DNA from: a virus
Lineage: Duplodnaviria; Caudoviricetes
Length of the DNA: 64,000 nucleotides
Virus record (IMG/VR): IMGVR_UViG_3300029288_000149
Coordinates: 11,317 to 75,316 of that record
Direction: 5' to 3' (one strand)
The translations under genes and the position numbers were made by a program. Below, piece after piece: positions 46,782 through 56,599 of the stretch. Position 1 is the first letter of the stretch; each line of letters starts with the position of its first letter. The notes beneath the pieces are model-generated. The model had not been told where the DNA came from and made no database searches. It saw nothing but the letters and a program-made list of their open reading frames with translations.

Positions 46782-46976
46782 ATGGCAGAAATGTTGAAAG
46801 AAATTTTCGAAGCATCAGAGTTAGGTTGGAAACCAGGAAAGTATGCAGACAAGATCACAATCGGAGAAAGTGTCTACACTCTAAAAGATACTAAGCGTGA
46901 TCCAGATGGTGACGTTATAGCCTGGATTTACCGTAACGTCGCAGAAACTGCACAAATAACCGTTTTGAATGACTAA
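46782..46976 (+). CDS. hypothetical early protein
   Basis: AGGAGG RBS, first gene after the promoter. Confidence 0.7.
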   Translation: MAEMLKEIFEASELGWKPGKYADKITIGESVYTLKDTKRDPDGDVIAWIYRNVAETAQITVLND

Positions 46977-46986
46977 GGAGGATCAA

Positions 46987-47268
46987 ATGACAAACAGAAC
47001 AGATATCCCAGAAACTGAAGATGGAGTAGATCGAGCCTTTGATCGTTACAACAAGAATGTTAGCATTATTCAAAAGAACACAATTTGGAATGGTGCTAAA
47101 GAACTTACAGAGAAGAGTCAAGTTGGATTTACTCGTGAACAACTTGCAAAACACATAAACTTCAACATCAATATTGTGAACTACTGGGTACGTGTGCTTA
47201 TTGACAGTAATGACATCCTAGTAGATACTTCTGGGATGCTTTCAGTTGATCAAAAGTTCTTAGGATAA
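46987..47268 (+). CDS. hypothetical protein, possible winged-helix
   Basis: AGGAGG RBS; FTREQLAKHINFNINIVNYWVRVLIDSNDI pattern. Confidence 0.55.
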   Translation: MTNRTDIPETEDGVDRAFDRYNKNVSIIQKNTIWNGAKELTEKSQVGFTREQLAKHINFNINIVNYWVRVLIDSNDILVDTSGMLSVDQKFLG

Positions 47269-47283
47269 TAAGGAGAAAACGAA

Positions 47284-48384
47284 ATGACTGCATATATTTT
47301 TGGTGAAAGATTTTTCGGACATCGTGAACCGGCATGGCACGGTCTTGGAACAGTACTTGATGAAGACCTGTCAGTAACCGATGCATTCACAAAAGTGGGA
47401 TTGAATTATGAAGTCAATAAATTCCCACTTATCGCAAACGTACAACTCGATGAATTTGTCAGTTCGAGCGAAGAGACCAAGGTCGTTATGCCTCTTCCTA
47501 CTGACAAATTTGCGATTGTGCGTAACCCAACTCCTGACGACAATCAGCATCGTATCTTCGGCATCTGCTCCAACGATTACGAGATCGTTCAGAACTCAGA
47601 AGTTGCAAGACTTCTGGATCCTCTGGCTGAGACCTGGAGTACTGAGACAGTCGGAGCTATCGATGACGGTAAGACCATCTTTGTCACCCTTGATGCAGGT
47701 GCTGCAGCTATCAAAGCCAAGAACGGTAAGACTGTCGACAACATCGCAAAGTACTTCCTCATCACCGAGACCAAGGATGGTGGCAGTGCGATGAAATTTG
47801 CCTTTACACCTGTCCGTGTGGTCTGTCAGAATACTCTGGTTACTGGTCTCAAAGCTGCTGTTGTGTCTTCAAGCCTTACTCACCGTACTGGTCTCAGAAA
47901 CGAGATGGAATGGCGTCTGAAGCTGATCGCAGGTATGGCAAAGGCAGAGAATGTTGTTCTCGAGAATATGCAGCGTATGGCAAAGGTTGTCCTTGACAAC
48001 TCAAACCTTGTGGAAATCATTGAAGCTGCCTATCCTACTCCGAAGAAATCCAGCAAGGCTGTAATGCTCGAGAGCTTCGAAGATCCTGAGAAGGAACTCG
48101 CTGATTACACAGAACTCCTCAACGAAATGACTGAGGCTCAGGCAGGTTTTGAGTATTGGGCAAATCGGACACAGATATTCCGCACCAATGCTACTGACCT
48201 CTTCAAGAAGTTCAACGATGAGCAACCAGCATTTGCCAACACACCCTGGGCAGCTTACAATGCTGTTGTAGAGACTGAAGATTACCGTTCAGGTAAAGCC
48301 TCTCTTGCTGAATCTGCTTTGTGGGGTGCTCGTGCTGCTGCAAAGAAACGTGCATTCGCAAAGGCAATGGAATTTGTGTTGTGA
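47284..48384 (+). CDS. DUF932/DUF945-family (TIGR03299-like) protein
   Basis: REPAWHGLG; YEIVQN; ETVGAIDDGK; FTPVRVVCQNTL; WAAYNAVVE; ALWG. Confidence 0.85.
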   Translation: MTAYIFGERFFGHREPAWHGLGTVLDEDLSVTDAFTKVGLNYEVNKFPLIANVQLDEFVSSSEETKVVMPLPTDKFAIVRNPTPDDNQHRIFGICSNDYEIVQNSEVARLLDPLAETWSTETVGAIDDGKTIFVTLDAGAAAIKAKNGKTVDNIAKYFLITETKDGGSAMKFAFTPVRVVCQNTLVTGLKAAVVSSSLTHRTGLRNEMEWRLKLIAGMAKAENVVLENMQRMAKVVLDNSNLVEIIEAAYPTPKKSSKAVMLESFEDPEKELADYTELLNEMTEAQAGFEYWANRTQIFRTNATDLFKKFNDEQPAFANTPWAAYNAVVETEDYRSGKASLAESALWGARAAAKKRAFAKAMEFVL

Positions 48385-48402
48385 TCACCACAATCTGAAC
48401 AG

Positions 48403-48428
48403 AAGAGGACTGAGAAATCAGTCCTCTT
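48403..48428 (+). terminator. intrinsic terminator, probably bidirectional
   Basis: AAGAGGACTGA-GAAA-TCAGTCCTCTT followed by T-rich tail; between convergent genes. Confidence 0.8.
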
Positions 48429-48710
48429 TTATTTATTCCTACCAAATCTTTTACTGAAGATACCTTTCCTCTGTACAGGCTGTTCTTCTGGTGCCTGTGT
48501 GACTTTGTCAGTTGTGATAGACTCAGAGGTATAGAACTCAGACTCAAGAGGTATGACAGGCATCTCAGGTTCTGATACGTCAAGAGGAGTCACAGGTTCT
48601 GGTATATCAATAGGTAATTCAGGTTTTGGTGTACTAAGAGGAGTCACAGGTAATTCAGGTTGTGACACAGTTGGAAGATGCCTTACCTTACCACGCTTCA
48701 TGTTATTCAT
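48429..48710 (-). CDS. Pro/Glu-rich repeat protein
   Basis: PVTPL / PVIPL repeats; GGAG RBS. Confidence 0.6.
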   Translation of the reverse strand: MNNMKRGKVRHLPTVSQPELPVTPLSTPKPELPIDIPEPVTPLDVSEPEMPVIPLESEFYTSESITTDKVTQAPEEQPVQRKGIFSKRFGRNK

Positions 48711-48778
48711 AATATATTCTCCTGTAACAAATATACCTATTCTTACCTAAACAAGTTGTATTATGTCGGAGAATTGCA

Positions 48779-48934
48779 ATGGCAGAATTACTTGACGTAA
48801 GGAAATTAACAAATGAAGAACTTGTCGAACACCTGAAGAAAGTTGTATGGTCAGGTGGTTGGGACAAGACAATAAAGGAAATTGAACGTCGACTAAAGAA
48901 GTTGACAGAGTTGGAGAAGAATGACAAAGCATAA
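48779..48934 (+). CDS. small hypothetical protein (51 aa)
   Basis: Manual translation MAELLDVRKLTNEELVEHL..; GGAG RBS and upstream motif. Confidence 0.55.
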   Translation: MAELLDVRKLTNEELVEHLKKVVWSGGWDKTIKEIERRLKKLTELEKNDKA

Positions 48935-49544
48935 CTCATTTGAAGAGTGGCAACAAACTGTCCAAGCAAGATTAAGCAGTCCTAATGAGGGCACAATTAA
49001 CAATATCATGAAAGCGTGGGCATCTGACAGGACCCACCTAATGAACATAAATACTGAGGTAAATAGTAAACTTGATGATGCCAACAAAACATTCGAAGAC
49101 CTACTCAATTATGCCTGGGGTATATTGTATCCTGGTAAGACTGATTGGGAGTATCCCGGTCAGGTGATCAATCACCTGTGGTCTGAGATCAAAATTCAAA
49201 GGAAGAAAGTTTCTGATCTCAATAAGATAATAAGAGAGATGATGTTGTCTGGAAATTTCCTTTATGACACAGTGTGTGACATGCACGGTGGTGATTGGGA
49301 GATGACAAAGGTGTGGAAACTTCTCACTTCAAAGGTAGAAGAACTATTGAAGGTTGATCAAGGTAAACTCCCCGAGCCTGTCATCATAGCGATTGACCTT
49401 GCCCTGCCTGGAGACGTTACAGCACTGACACAAGTACTTGATAAGACATCAAAAGAAATTGCAACAGCATTCGGTATGTCTGAAGAGCAGTTGTCTGATG
49501 ACACACAGAGGAAACCTGCGACAGATAATCCGGAACTTCAATAA
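48921..49544 (+). CDS. hypothetical protein
   Basis: 207-aa ORF coupled to the upstream small ORF. Confidence 0.65.
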   Translation: MTKHNSFEEWQQTVQARLSSPNEGTINNIMKAWASDRTHLMNINTEVNSKLDDANKTFEDLLNYAWGILYPGKTDWEYPGQVINHLWSEIKIQRKKVSDLNKIIREMMLSGNFLYDTVCDMHGGDWEMTKVWKLLTSKVEELLKVDQGKLPEPVIIAIDLALPGDVTALTQVLDKTSKEIATAFGMSEEQLSDDTQRKPATDNPELQ

Positions 49545-49624
49545 TACGGGTCGCAGATGGTGTGTACCAGTTGTCAAAACTATTCGAGAAGAATAAGAAG
49601 TAATAATTAACAAGAGGAGTAATT

Positions 49625-49810
49625 ATGAAACCAGACGGTACAAAAGATGCGTACGAAATTATTGAAGACCAAGTAAGAGAAGACTTCAAGAACTTACATC
49701 TCCCGACAGGTGCAGAGATGGCAGCGAGAATTAGAGCAAAAGAAGTTGCAGCCAAAGGTCGTGTGACAGAAAAGCCGCACATTGTACTGATTCATTCCGA
49801 TAAGGAATAG
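49625..49810 (+). CDS. hypothetical protein
   Basis: GAGGAG RBS. Confidence 0.6.
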   Translation: MKPDGTKDAYEIIEDQVREDFKNLHLPTGAEMAARIRAKEVAAKGRVTEKPHIVLIHSDKE

Positions 49811-49918
49811 TTGTAGATTAGCATAACACAACCGTCAGTAAACACAATTAGACCGTGACAAACGCATCTCGAGCGTCCACACGGTCTATTTTATGGAGCA
49901 ATGCAAAATCAGTCTGAA

Positions 49919-50218
49919 TCACACAAATCTAAGAACTTTTGACGGCTTTACTGTCTTTTTTGGACGAGAAACACGTGTCTTACCGACGATTCTACCACTT
50001 GTATGCACTAGTCTGTTCTCTTGTGCCATCCTGTTGAATGCTTCTTGGGCAATATCAGCAAACTCATGCATTATGCATGTGCACACGCAAGGACGTTCAG
50101 GATGATCTTTATTAGCAGTCTTCTTGACTCCTGTACCGTGACACCACTTGCAGTCAGGATTTGGTTCATAGATGACTTCCCATTGTGGAAACTTCTCTTG
50201 AATCTCGTCTTTAGTCAT
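49919..50218 (-). CDS. small CxxCxGxG zinc-finger protein (paralog of 45799..45981)
   Basis: PDCKWCHGTG..PCVCTC. Confidence 0.6.
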   Translation of the reverse strand: MTKDEIQEKFPQWEVIYEPNPDCKWCHGTGVKKTANKDHPERPCVCTCIMHEFADIAQEAFNRMAQENRLVHTSGRIVGKTRVSRPKKTVKPSKVLRFV

Positions 50219-50318
50219 ATTCTAATCCAATTCCTTATCAAGTACAAGTATAACAGAAGATAAATGTTTTTCCAGTAATCTCATCCAAATCAAATAATCT
50301 CGTGTTGATTATACCCAA

Positions 50319-50624
50319 TTACAACTTCTTAAGACACTTCTTAAGACACTTCTTACAGTAGCGTAAATCAGAATTATGTCCAATCATATAATCAGGATCA
50401 CAACCAGATTGTGTATCTGTATGTACACCACACAACGTAGTCTTAGTAGACCAAGGATACTTAGGCTTCATATTTGTGTTAATCAGGTGCATAATAGTTC
50501 CTGAAATCCAGCCGAGTTTGTCCATAACTAATGTAACTTGTAATAGCAAAGAGTCCCTAAACATTACATTAGGGACTCTTCTAGAACTGCATCGGATGAA
50601 GGAATTCCACCTTATTTTTACCAC
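50319..50624 (-). CDS. hypothetical protein (start uncertain)
   Basis: C-terminal TLCG..YCKKC zinc-binding-like motif. Confidence 0.4.
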   Translation of the reverse strand: MVKIRWNSFIRCSSRRVPNVMFRDSLLLQVTLVMDKLGWISGTIMHLINTNMKPKYPWSTKTTLCGVHTDTQSGCDPDYMIGHNSDLRYCKKCLKKCLKKL

Positions 50625-50700
50625 TTGTATCGCTGAATCCTAGGACAGCCACCATTCTGCGACTATAACGCTCCGACAGTTAATACAACTTGTCAGACAA

Positions 50701-50730
50701 AGAGTCTTGAGTAAGCTAGCTCAAGACTCT
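50701..50730. terminator. hairpin/terminator downstream of terminase
   Basis: AGAGTCTTGAG/CTCAAGACTCT 11-bp stem. Confidence 0.6.
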
Positions 50731-50964
50731 CTTTGTTCGTAAGCAAATAACGGAACGGTCAGATCTGAAGACAGCCACATAAGTTCCGTAACTTACCTGC
50801 TTCATAATCTACCTTTGATGTTGATACTCAACACTACATATCTGCTTACAGATAATACAACTTGGCATCATAACATTTATATCACACACTGGAAAATCAC
50901 TCTGATAAGTTGTATTGAATGGAGAATGCAAGAAGAAGGTATGGTACCTAACTTACACAACCTG

Positions 50965-52518
50965 TTAGAACACCACTCCTCCACCACCTGACTGATTCCA
51001 GAATGCTAAACAGCACGCATCACCGTAGTCAGTGGAGCGTCCCAATCTCTTCTTCAATGAGTCCTTCGACTCTATAAGTATCACAGCATCACGTGTTATC
51101 GTCCACTTAGGAGTAATCAGGTCTCCTTCTAATAGTGGTTCTGGAGGTAGCATCATCTCGACACCTGAATTGGGATCAAGGTTCTCCCTCATCTTCCACC
51201 ACATCGCAGCACGAACGTTCGCAAATTTCATCTCGCCTGTCTTATCGTGTAAATACGTCTTAGCTCCTACTGTAATTGGTTTGAGTCCCGGCACTCCATC
51301 CTTCTTAAGGATATCATATACAGCTGCACCGAGTCCACCATCCATTTCAATATGACAGTCATACTGTCCCTGTGCACGTGTGCGTGCGTGGGACATCCCA
51401 ATCGTGCCTCCTGACGATAATAGCTTCACTTTCTCGGCAGTCATCGTGGTCGGAAGTTTTGTGAAACCGTGGATATCCACGAGTGCCCAGGCATTACGCA
51501 CAGCAATGACCGTTGAGTCTTCCCCGCTTCGCGCGGTATCAATCCCCAGAACCCTTCGTCCCATCTGTTCGGGACGACCCTTCTGATCCCACTCCTTCCA
51601 ACGTGCAATCGCAGCAAGCACCCAACTTCTAGGGATAATGCCCTCTTCAGTGTCGTCAGCAAATTCTCCTAACACACGATTCTGATACATAGCACTGTTC
51701 TCTCCCCACTGCAATGCCCTCTGACGTGCCCACTCACGTGACACACGTCCTGCTCGTATACTATCCTCGAGTGTGACATGCTTAGTCCACCAGTCCTCAT
51801 AACCTGGCTTATGCATTTGAATGTCATAGAATCGTCCTGAAGGATCACCTGGTGTAGAGATAGCGAACGCACGACACTCCTCTCCTCCTGCTAGTCCTTC
51901 AGTAGAGAATGCTCCTTCAGCTGCGTCCCACATTGACACAGGAATTGCCTTTGCTTCATCAAACACATAGAACAGTTTCTTTGCGTGTGCTCCCTCAATG
52001 CTTGTGTGGTTGTCTGCTGCCACGGCAAATGCCTCAACGATTCCGTTGTTCAGACGAATTGACTGTCCGAGTAGTTCGGCATTGGCAGTCCGCTGGCTGT
52101 AAGGAGGACGACAGACGACCGACCATGCTACCTTCAATGCCACTTTATGTACCTCTGGCCATAGATACTTCTCTAATTGCCTCCACGCACTGGCTGTAGT
52201 AGGCACCTTACAGTCGTCTCGAGCAGTAAGAACGGCATGGTGTATTAGCATAGCAGCAACGAACGTCTTACCTAGTCCATGTGGTCCCCTTACAGACACT
52301 CTCCTATGCCCCTCATCGAATGCCCCGAATATCTCGTCCTGGTAGAACGTGATCGTGTGGTTGTACTCAGGGAATACGTCGTGCACGAAAGCTATCCTAT
52401 CGTTCTCGTACATTTGCTTGAATCGTACTGATTCGTTCGAACTCCCTACTTGCAGATTTATGCCCTGCAGGATTGATTGCATTGTGACGGCATTATTGTC
52501 CAACTTAGACGGTGCCAT
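50965..52518 (-). CDS. terL: terminase large subunit
   Basis: VRGPHGLGKT Walker A; VFDEA Walker B; ISTP; nuclease LGIDTARSGEDST; STDYGDA. Confidence 0.92.
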   Translation of the reverse strand: MAPSKLDNNAVTMQSILQGINLQVGSSNESVRFKQMYENDRIAFVHDVFPEYNHTITFYQDEIFGAFDEGHRRVSVRGPHGLGKTFVAAMLIHHAVLTARDDCKVPTTASAWRQLEKYLWPEVHKVALKVAWSVVCRPPYSQRTANAELLGQSIRLNNGIVEAFAVAADNHTSIEGAHAKKLFYVFDEAKAIPVSMWDAAEGAFSTEGLAGGEECRAFAISTPGDPSGRFYDIQMHKPGYEDWWTKHVTLEDSIRAGRVSREWARQRALQWGENSAMYQNRVLGEFADDTEEGIIPRSWVLAAIARWKEWDQKGRPEQMGRRVLGIDTARSGEDSTVIAVRNAWALVDIHGFTKLPTTMTAEKVKLLSSGGTIGMSHARTRAQGQYDCHIEMDGGLGAAVYDILKKDGVPGLKPITVGAKTYLHDKTGEMKFANVRAAMWWKMRENLDPNSGVEMMLPPEPLLEGDLITPKWTITRDAVILIESKDSLKKRLGRSTDYGDACCLAFWNQSGGGGVVF

Positions 52519-52586
52519 CGTGCTCCTTTAAGACCTTTGGAAATACTTGACGGTAACACGGTTTTGACCGTGCTAATGTCACGTGT

Positions 52587-53066
52587 TTATTCATTGATAA
52601 TATATCCTTCTTGACAATCTGGACAAGGTGTAACAGTAGGATAAAACGTAATGGTATCGTAACCTGGAATGACACCTGTTCCATTACACCTACTACATTT
52701 TACCTTTCTTGATAATAATTTATTGAGTTTTCTCAATAACGTGTTAGTACATTGGATAACAGGCTCTCCTGTGTTCTTGATAATTTGGACACACCTGTCG
52801 TCATACAACAGAATCATATCCAAGTCCTTGACATTGGTTATTTCCAAAATAGGTAAACCGTTTTCCTCTAACCAATCCTGAATGATTCTAATTTGTTGGG
52901 GATAAGGTGCTCGTGCTGTGAATATCTTGATAAGGTGTCCTTCTGATAATAACTTTTTCACTTTCTTTAACATAAGAGGAACTGGCTTACCTATTCCACC
53001 ATCGTCCACCCAACCGTTGAATTCAGCTAATGTGCCGTCAAGGTCAACTCCTATCCATCCGCTCAT
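52587..53066 (-). CDS. HAD-superfamily hydrolase with C-terminal CxxCxGxG zinc finger
   Basis: IGVDLDGTL; IFTAR; YDDR; CSRCNGTG..CPDC. Confidence 0.75.
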   Translation of the reverse strand: MSGWIGVDLDGTLAEFNGWVDDGGIGKPVPLMLKKVKKLLSEGHLIKIFTARAPYPQQIRIIQDWLEENGLPILEITNVKDLDMILLYDDRCVQIIKNTGEPVIQCTNTLLRKLNKLLSRKVKCSRCNGTGVIPGYDTITFYPTVTPCPDCQEGYIINE

Positions 53067-53223
53067 TTGTTCTCCCTGTTGTGCCTTGATAATGCTTCTG
53101 CGGCATAATGTATCAAAGCACCTACTACGACTGCAATGATAACAATTCCAATGATAATAAAGATTTTCTTTAGCATATCTGCTGCTATAAGAGCTATATC
53201 AATTTCCACGGTGTTCTCCTATC

Positions 53224-53577
53224 TCATAATATCTTGTAAACCTTACTATCCTTACGTGGTTTTCCAAGAAGCCACCGTCTTGGGTGCTTATGTGCCTCTT
53301 GAATATCCTTTACCATAATAGCCATCAAATTTCTGACCTTCTCATCGTCGAATGACATTATAAAACCGTGACAACGACTACAATGCAAGTCAATACCTTG
53401 GAAATAATTCATCTTACTGTGACCAAAGATTCGACACATTAAGATTTTGCTGTGCTTGATAAAATGAACTCTGAATCTGCCTATCTTCCACTCGAGACCA
53501 AGGTAAATTTTGTAGAACACCTTAGCTGACTTGTGTTTGTTGATAAAAGATATCCAGTTTTCGTCTAGTCTTTTCAT
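53224..53577 (-). CDS. hypothetical protein
   Basis: RBS; part of a run of small accessory ORFs. Confidence 0.55.
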   Translation of the reverse strand: MKRLDENWISFINKHKSAKVFYKIYLGLEWKIGRFRVHFIKHSKILMCRIFGHSKMNYFQGIDLHCSRCHGFIMSFDDEKVRNLMAIMVKDIQEAHKHPRRWLLGKPRKDSKVYKIL

Positions 53578-53599
53578 GAGCCTCCGACTGCCTATATAT

Positions 53600-53818
53600 C
53601 TAGGTTATCTCCTTATACCTTGGAGGGAATGATAATATTATCGGCAGCATGGGAATCAGACATACGTATAACGTGAGCGTATTCTCCCACTTATAGTATG
53701 TTATCAATTCACCACGATTCATGTCTGTTCTTGATACTACCTTATGTGATACTACTTTCCAATAACAGCCTACCCAAATGTCTCTTGGTTCAAATTTTAT
53801 TGACACCTTAATTTTCAT
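53600..53818 (-). CDS. hypothetical protein
   Basis: Operon-coupled small ORF. Confidence 0.55.
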   Translation of the reverse strand: MKIKVSIKFEPRDIWVGCYWKVVSHKVVSRTDMNRGELITYYKWENTLTLYVCLIPMLPIILSFPPRYKEIT

Positions 53819-54014
53819 GTGGTGCCTCTATATAATGTACAACTTGGATATAACCACAAGTTTCACACTTTGCGTGTGCTTCATACATAATATTTGGAGC
53901 GTATATGCTGCTAGGAATTGAACTCCTCTGTGCTGTGTGAGATATAATGTGACTATTACCACCACAGTTTGTGCACACATAATCTATAATTGAAAGATCA
54001 ACTTTTTGTGTCAC
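53808..54014 (-). CDS. small zinc-ribbon protein
   Basis: CTNCGG..CETCG. Confidence 0.55.
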   Translation of the reverse strand: MTQKVDLSIIDYVCTNCGGNSHIISHTAQRSSIPSSIYAPNIMYEAHAKCETCGYIQVVHYIEAPHEN

Positions 54015-54201
54015 TTGACAATTTCTCCCTCTGTGCTAATTCCAGATTATAAACTTTATATCCCCAATAAGTCAGACCACACTGAAGACATTCAAACATA
54101 CCTGCTGTCATAGCAGGTCTTCCTATACTGCTGCACGAGGGACAACAACGGTAAGAAGTATTATCTTTGTCCAACTTATTTATCGTCATTTGCTGGGACA
54201 C
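53998..54201 (-). CDS. small zinc-ribbon protein
   Basis: CPSCS..CLQCG. Confidence 0.55.
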   Translation of the reverse strand: MSQQMTINKLDKDNTSYRCCPSCSSIGRPAMTAGMFECLQCGLTYWGYKVYNLELAQREKLSSDTKS

Positions 54202-54439
54202 CTTCCAAACCTTTCTTAGCTCGTGCTAAACAGACCTTACACACACCCTGTCTGCCGTAATTACCTCGCCATATTGAGTAAGCTGTACCACCGTCACGAT
54301 TCCAACCGTGTCTGCACATCGGTAATTCAGGGTTTTCCAAGTCACCCTTATACAGGTGAGACAGTTTGGGATGAGGATAATCTCTTCCCAATCCGACAAT
54401 GTATCCTTTAGGCACCAGAGATTCGAATGCTTCTCTCAT
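54176..54439 (-). CDS. hypothetical Cys-containing protein
   Basis: PMCRHGW..CKVC. Confidence 0.55.
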   Translation of the reverse strand: MREAFESLVPKGYIVGLGRDYPHPKLSHLYKGDLENPELPMCRHGWNRDGGTAYSIWRGNYGRQGVCKVCLARAKKGLEGVPANDDK

Positions 54440-54529
54440 CTCGTTCTCTCTCTGCGACTAATTTGGATATCCCTCTCCCTTTCTCTTAGTACCTTACGTA
54501 GGTGCTTCTGTGCTGCAGATAGTGTCATT

Positions 54530-54952
54530 CTACTCCAGTGTCGTATTCATAAACATTGAGTCAGGAATTTCGACTGGGACATAATTTACCAACTTGAGTT
54601 CAATTATTTCCAAGTCAGACATTCTGCCACCATACCGTTCGGCAACTGCCTTAAGTGCTTGCTGTCTGTTGAATTCATCACTGTAATTCTTAACTCGGGG
54701 TATTCTGACAATCCAAGTCTTATTCCTTTTGATAGAATGTAGTTCACCTGGAACGCTTACGTACACATTCGCATTGATAAGATAATCAGTGACTAATATA
54801 ACAGTTTCAGGATTTATTGGTCTCTCATACTGACTCTTATCAGCTTCATGTTGTGTCAACATTTCCAAGAATGCTTTGTAAATCTTTTCTGCATTTAAGT
54901 CATCACCCTCGAAAAGTAAAGTAACTTTTGATAATTTCGACATTTTGTTCAC
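54530..54952 (-). CDS. hypothetical protein
   Basis: AGGAG RBS and upstream motif. Confidence 0.6.
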   Translation of the reverse strand: MNKMSKLSKVTLLFEGDDLNAEKIYKAFLEMLTQHEADKSQYERPINPETVILVTDYLINANVYVSVPGELHSIKRNKTWIVRIPRVKNYSDEFNRQQALKAVAERYGGRMSDLEIIELKLVNYVPVEIPDSMFMNTTLE

Positions 54953-54982
54953 TCCTAATATCTTGATAATAAATATAACTTG

Positions 54983-55294
54983 TCAGACTGCTTGTTGTTC
55001 AACTTCACTGTCGCTCTTCTTACGAGCATTTTCAATTTCGTTCAAGAAGTACAATGCCCAGTAATTGGTCATCCCTATGGTATACCACTTATTATCAATA
55101 GGATTCAAGTACCACCATGTGGCTTGTGTACTGTTCATAAACTTGTGGTCTATTCGAGAGAATTCACCACGTTGTACTTCCAAGCCTAATTCAACAGCCT
55201 TGGAAATAACGTCTCTGTCTGTGACCTTCTGACAATTTTCGGGATTGACTTTGTGTCTGCCTCCCCAATCCTGTCCCATTGTGTGTCTTCCCAT
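54983..55294 (-). CDS. hypothetical protein
   Basis: Operon-coupled ORF. Confidence 0.5.
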   Translation of the reverse strand: MGRHTMGQDWGGRHKVNPENCQKVTDRDVISKAVELGLEVQRGEFSRIDHKFMNSTQATWWYLNPIDNKWYTIGMTNYWALYFLNEIENARKKSDSEVEQQAV

Positions 55295-55680
55295 TATATT
55301 ACTCGCAATCTACGTACTGCATTATAATCTGCAACAGCAGCAGTTAGTGTCGATGAGGTTGATAATGTGTAAATACGTACTCGGTTTACACCAAGAGCCT
55401 TGGTGCCTCCGACATTGGTACCAACCCAATGTGCCTTTACTAATTTCATCTTGACTAAACCATTCAAGACACGTAAACGTTTATCTGTTATGTGTGTTTG
55501 AATAAGTTCAGCATCTTTTGGTAATCCAGTTGTGCCATTCTCTATTGCCTTGATAATAATTTGTTCAGATACTTTGTCTCCGATTATCTTCGCAAATCTA
55601 GCGTCAGCCTCTAAGTCAATTGAAGCCTGGCTTCCATTATTTTCAAGGTCTGTGAGAAGTAACCGCTTAACTTTATGCAT
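55294..55680 (-). CDS. hypothetical protein
   Basis: Operon-coupled ORF. Confidence 0.55.
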   Translation of the reverse strand: MHKVKRLLLTDLENNGSQASIDLEADARFAKIIGDKVSEQIIIKAIENGTTGLPKDAELIQTHITDKRLRVLNGLVKMKLVKAHWVGTNVGGTKALGVNRVRIYTLSTSSTLTAAVADYNAVRRLRVI

Positions 55681-56335
55681 TTTGATAATCCTTCAGTTCA
55701 CCCTTCTCGAACACAGATTCACCAGAATTTGGTGTCAGGTTGATAATCCTGCGACCGTCTTCTTCAAATACTCTTCTGGCTTCAGTATAAGAAATTTCTG
55801 ATTGAACTAAATCTGGGTTATTCCACTTTGTGCCGGGTGGGAAGTAGTTACCTACAAAATGGTTAGTGTCGTTTCCTTCCATTACGACTTCTTCGTTTGG
55901 TAATCCTGTGTATTGATAATAGTGGTCAAGTCCTACTAATAAAATTGTCTTGAATCCCATGAAGTAAGCCAGCTGTAATGCCACGTAGGTGACTGTACCA
56001 CCCTCGTAAATCCAATTCTTCGGATCAAAACTGAAGATACTGTCTCCTTGCCAATCAGAAAACAAAGGTATTGCATTCAACTCCTCTGCGTATCTGTGTC
56101 TAATAAACTTAAGACTCAATAAGCACTTTATATTCAAATAAAATTGCTGTATTACTAATTCGTTTACGGCTACATAATATGTTGGTATAAAGGGTAATTT
56201 GAATATACCATTTGTACCAATTGAAGGAAATTTTGATAAAAATTTATCTGGTATGTCCTTAAGGGAGTAACCATTACAGATTATCAAACCTGTATCACCC
56301 TTATGCCTGTTCTCAAGTACAGTCCACCACTCCAT
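55673..56335 (-). CDS. DUF115/MptE-like (Maf/sialyltransferase-related) protein
   Basis: LIICNGYSL; IGTN; GGTVTYVALQLAYFMGFKTILLVGLDH. Confidence 0.7.
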   Translation of the reverse strand: MEWWTVLENRHKGDTGLIICNGYSLKDIPDKFLSKFPSIGTNGIFKLPFIPTYYVAVNELVIQQFYLNIKCLLSLKFIRHRYAEELNAIPLFSDWQGDSIFSFDPKNWIYEGGTVTYVALQLAYFMGFKTILLVGLDHYYQYTGLPNEEVVMEGNDTNHFVGNYFPPGTKWNNPDLVQSEISYTEARRVFEEDGRRIINLTPNSGESVFEKGELKDYQNA

Positions 56336-56338
56336 TTA

Positions 56339-56599
56339 TTAATCTCCCCACTCCAAACTATTATCAAGAGTTGGAAATAATCCAGCTGCAATTTCGTGTG
56401 AGACAGAATCTCCACTTCTTGCAACTTCTTCATCCGACCAATCTGTTAAACCACGATATGCACACCAATAACCATTACGAATTACAGCCACTATTTTATA
56501 GCCGAATCTGTCACGGTCTGTAAGTTCTTCCGGTGTAATGTTGTATGCATTCAAGGTACCTTGAGAATTAGCTATTCTAGTCATTGTTAAATTCTCCAT
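56339..56599 (-). CDS. hypothetical protein
   Basis: Operon-coupled ORF. Confidence 0.55.
   Translation of the reverse strand: MENLTMTRIANSQGTLNAYNITPEELTDRDRFGYKIVAVIRNGYWCAYRGLTDWSDEEVARSGDSVSHEIAAGLFPTLDNSLEWGD

Noticed and set aside
50325-50355. 12-bp tandem repeat CTTCTTAAGACA
   Set aside because: It only encodes KKCLKKCLKKL at the end of a small ORF and looks like a local slippage duplication.
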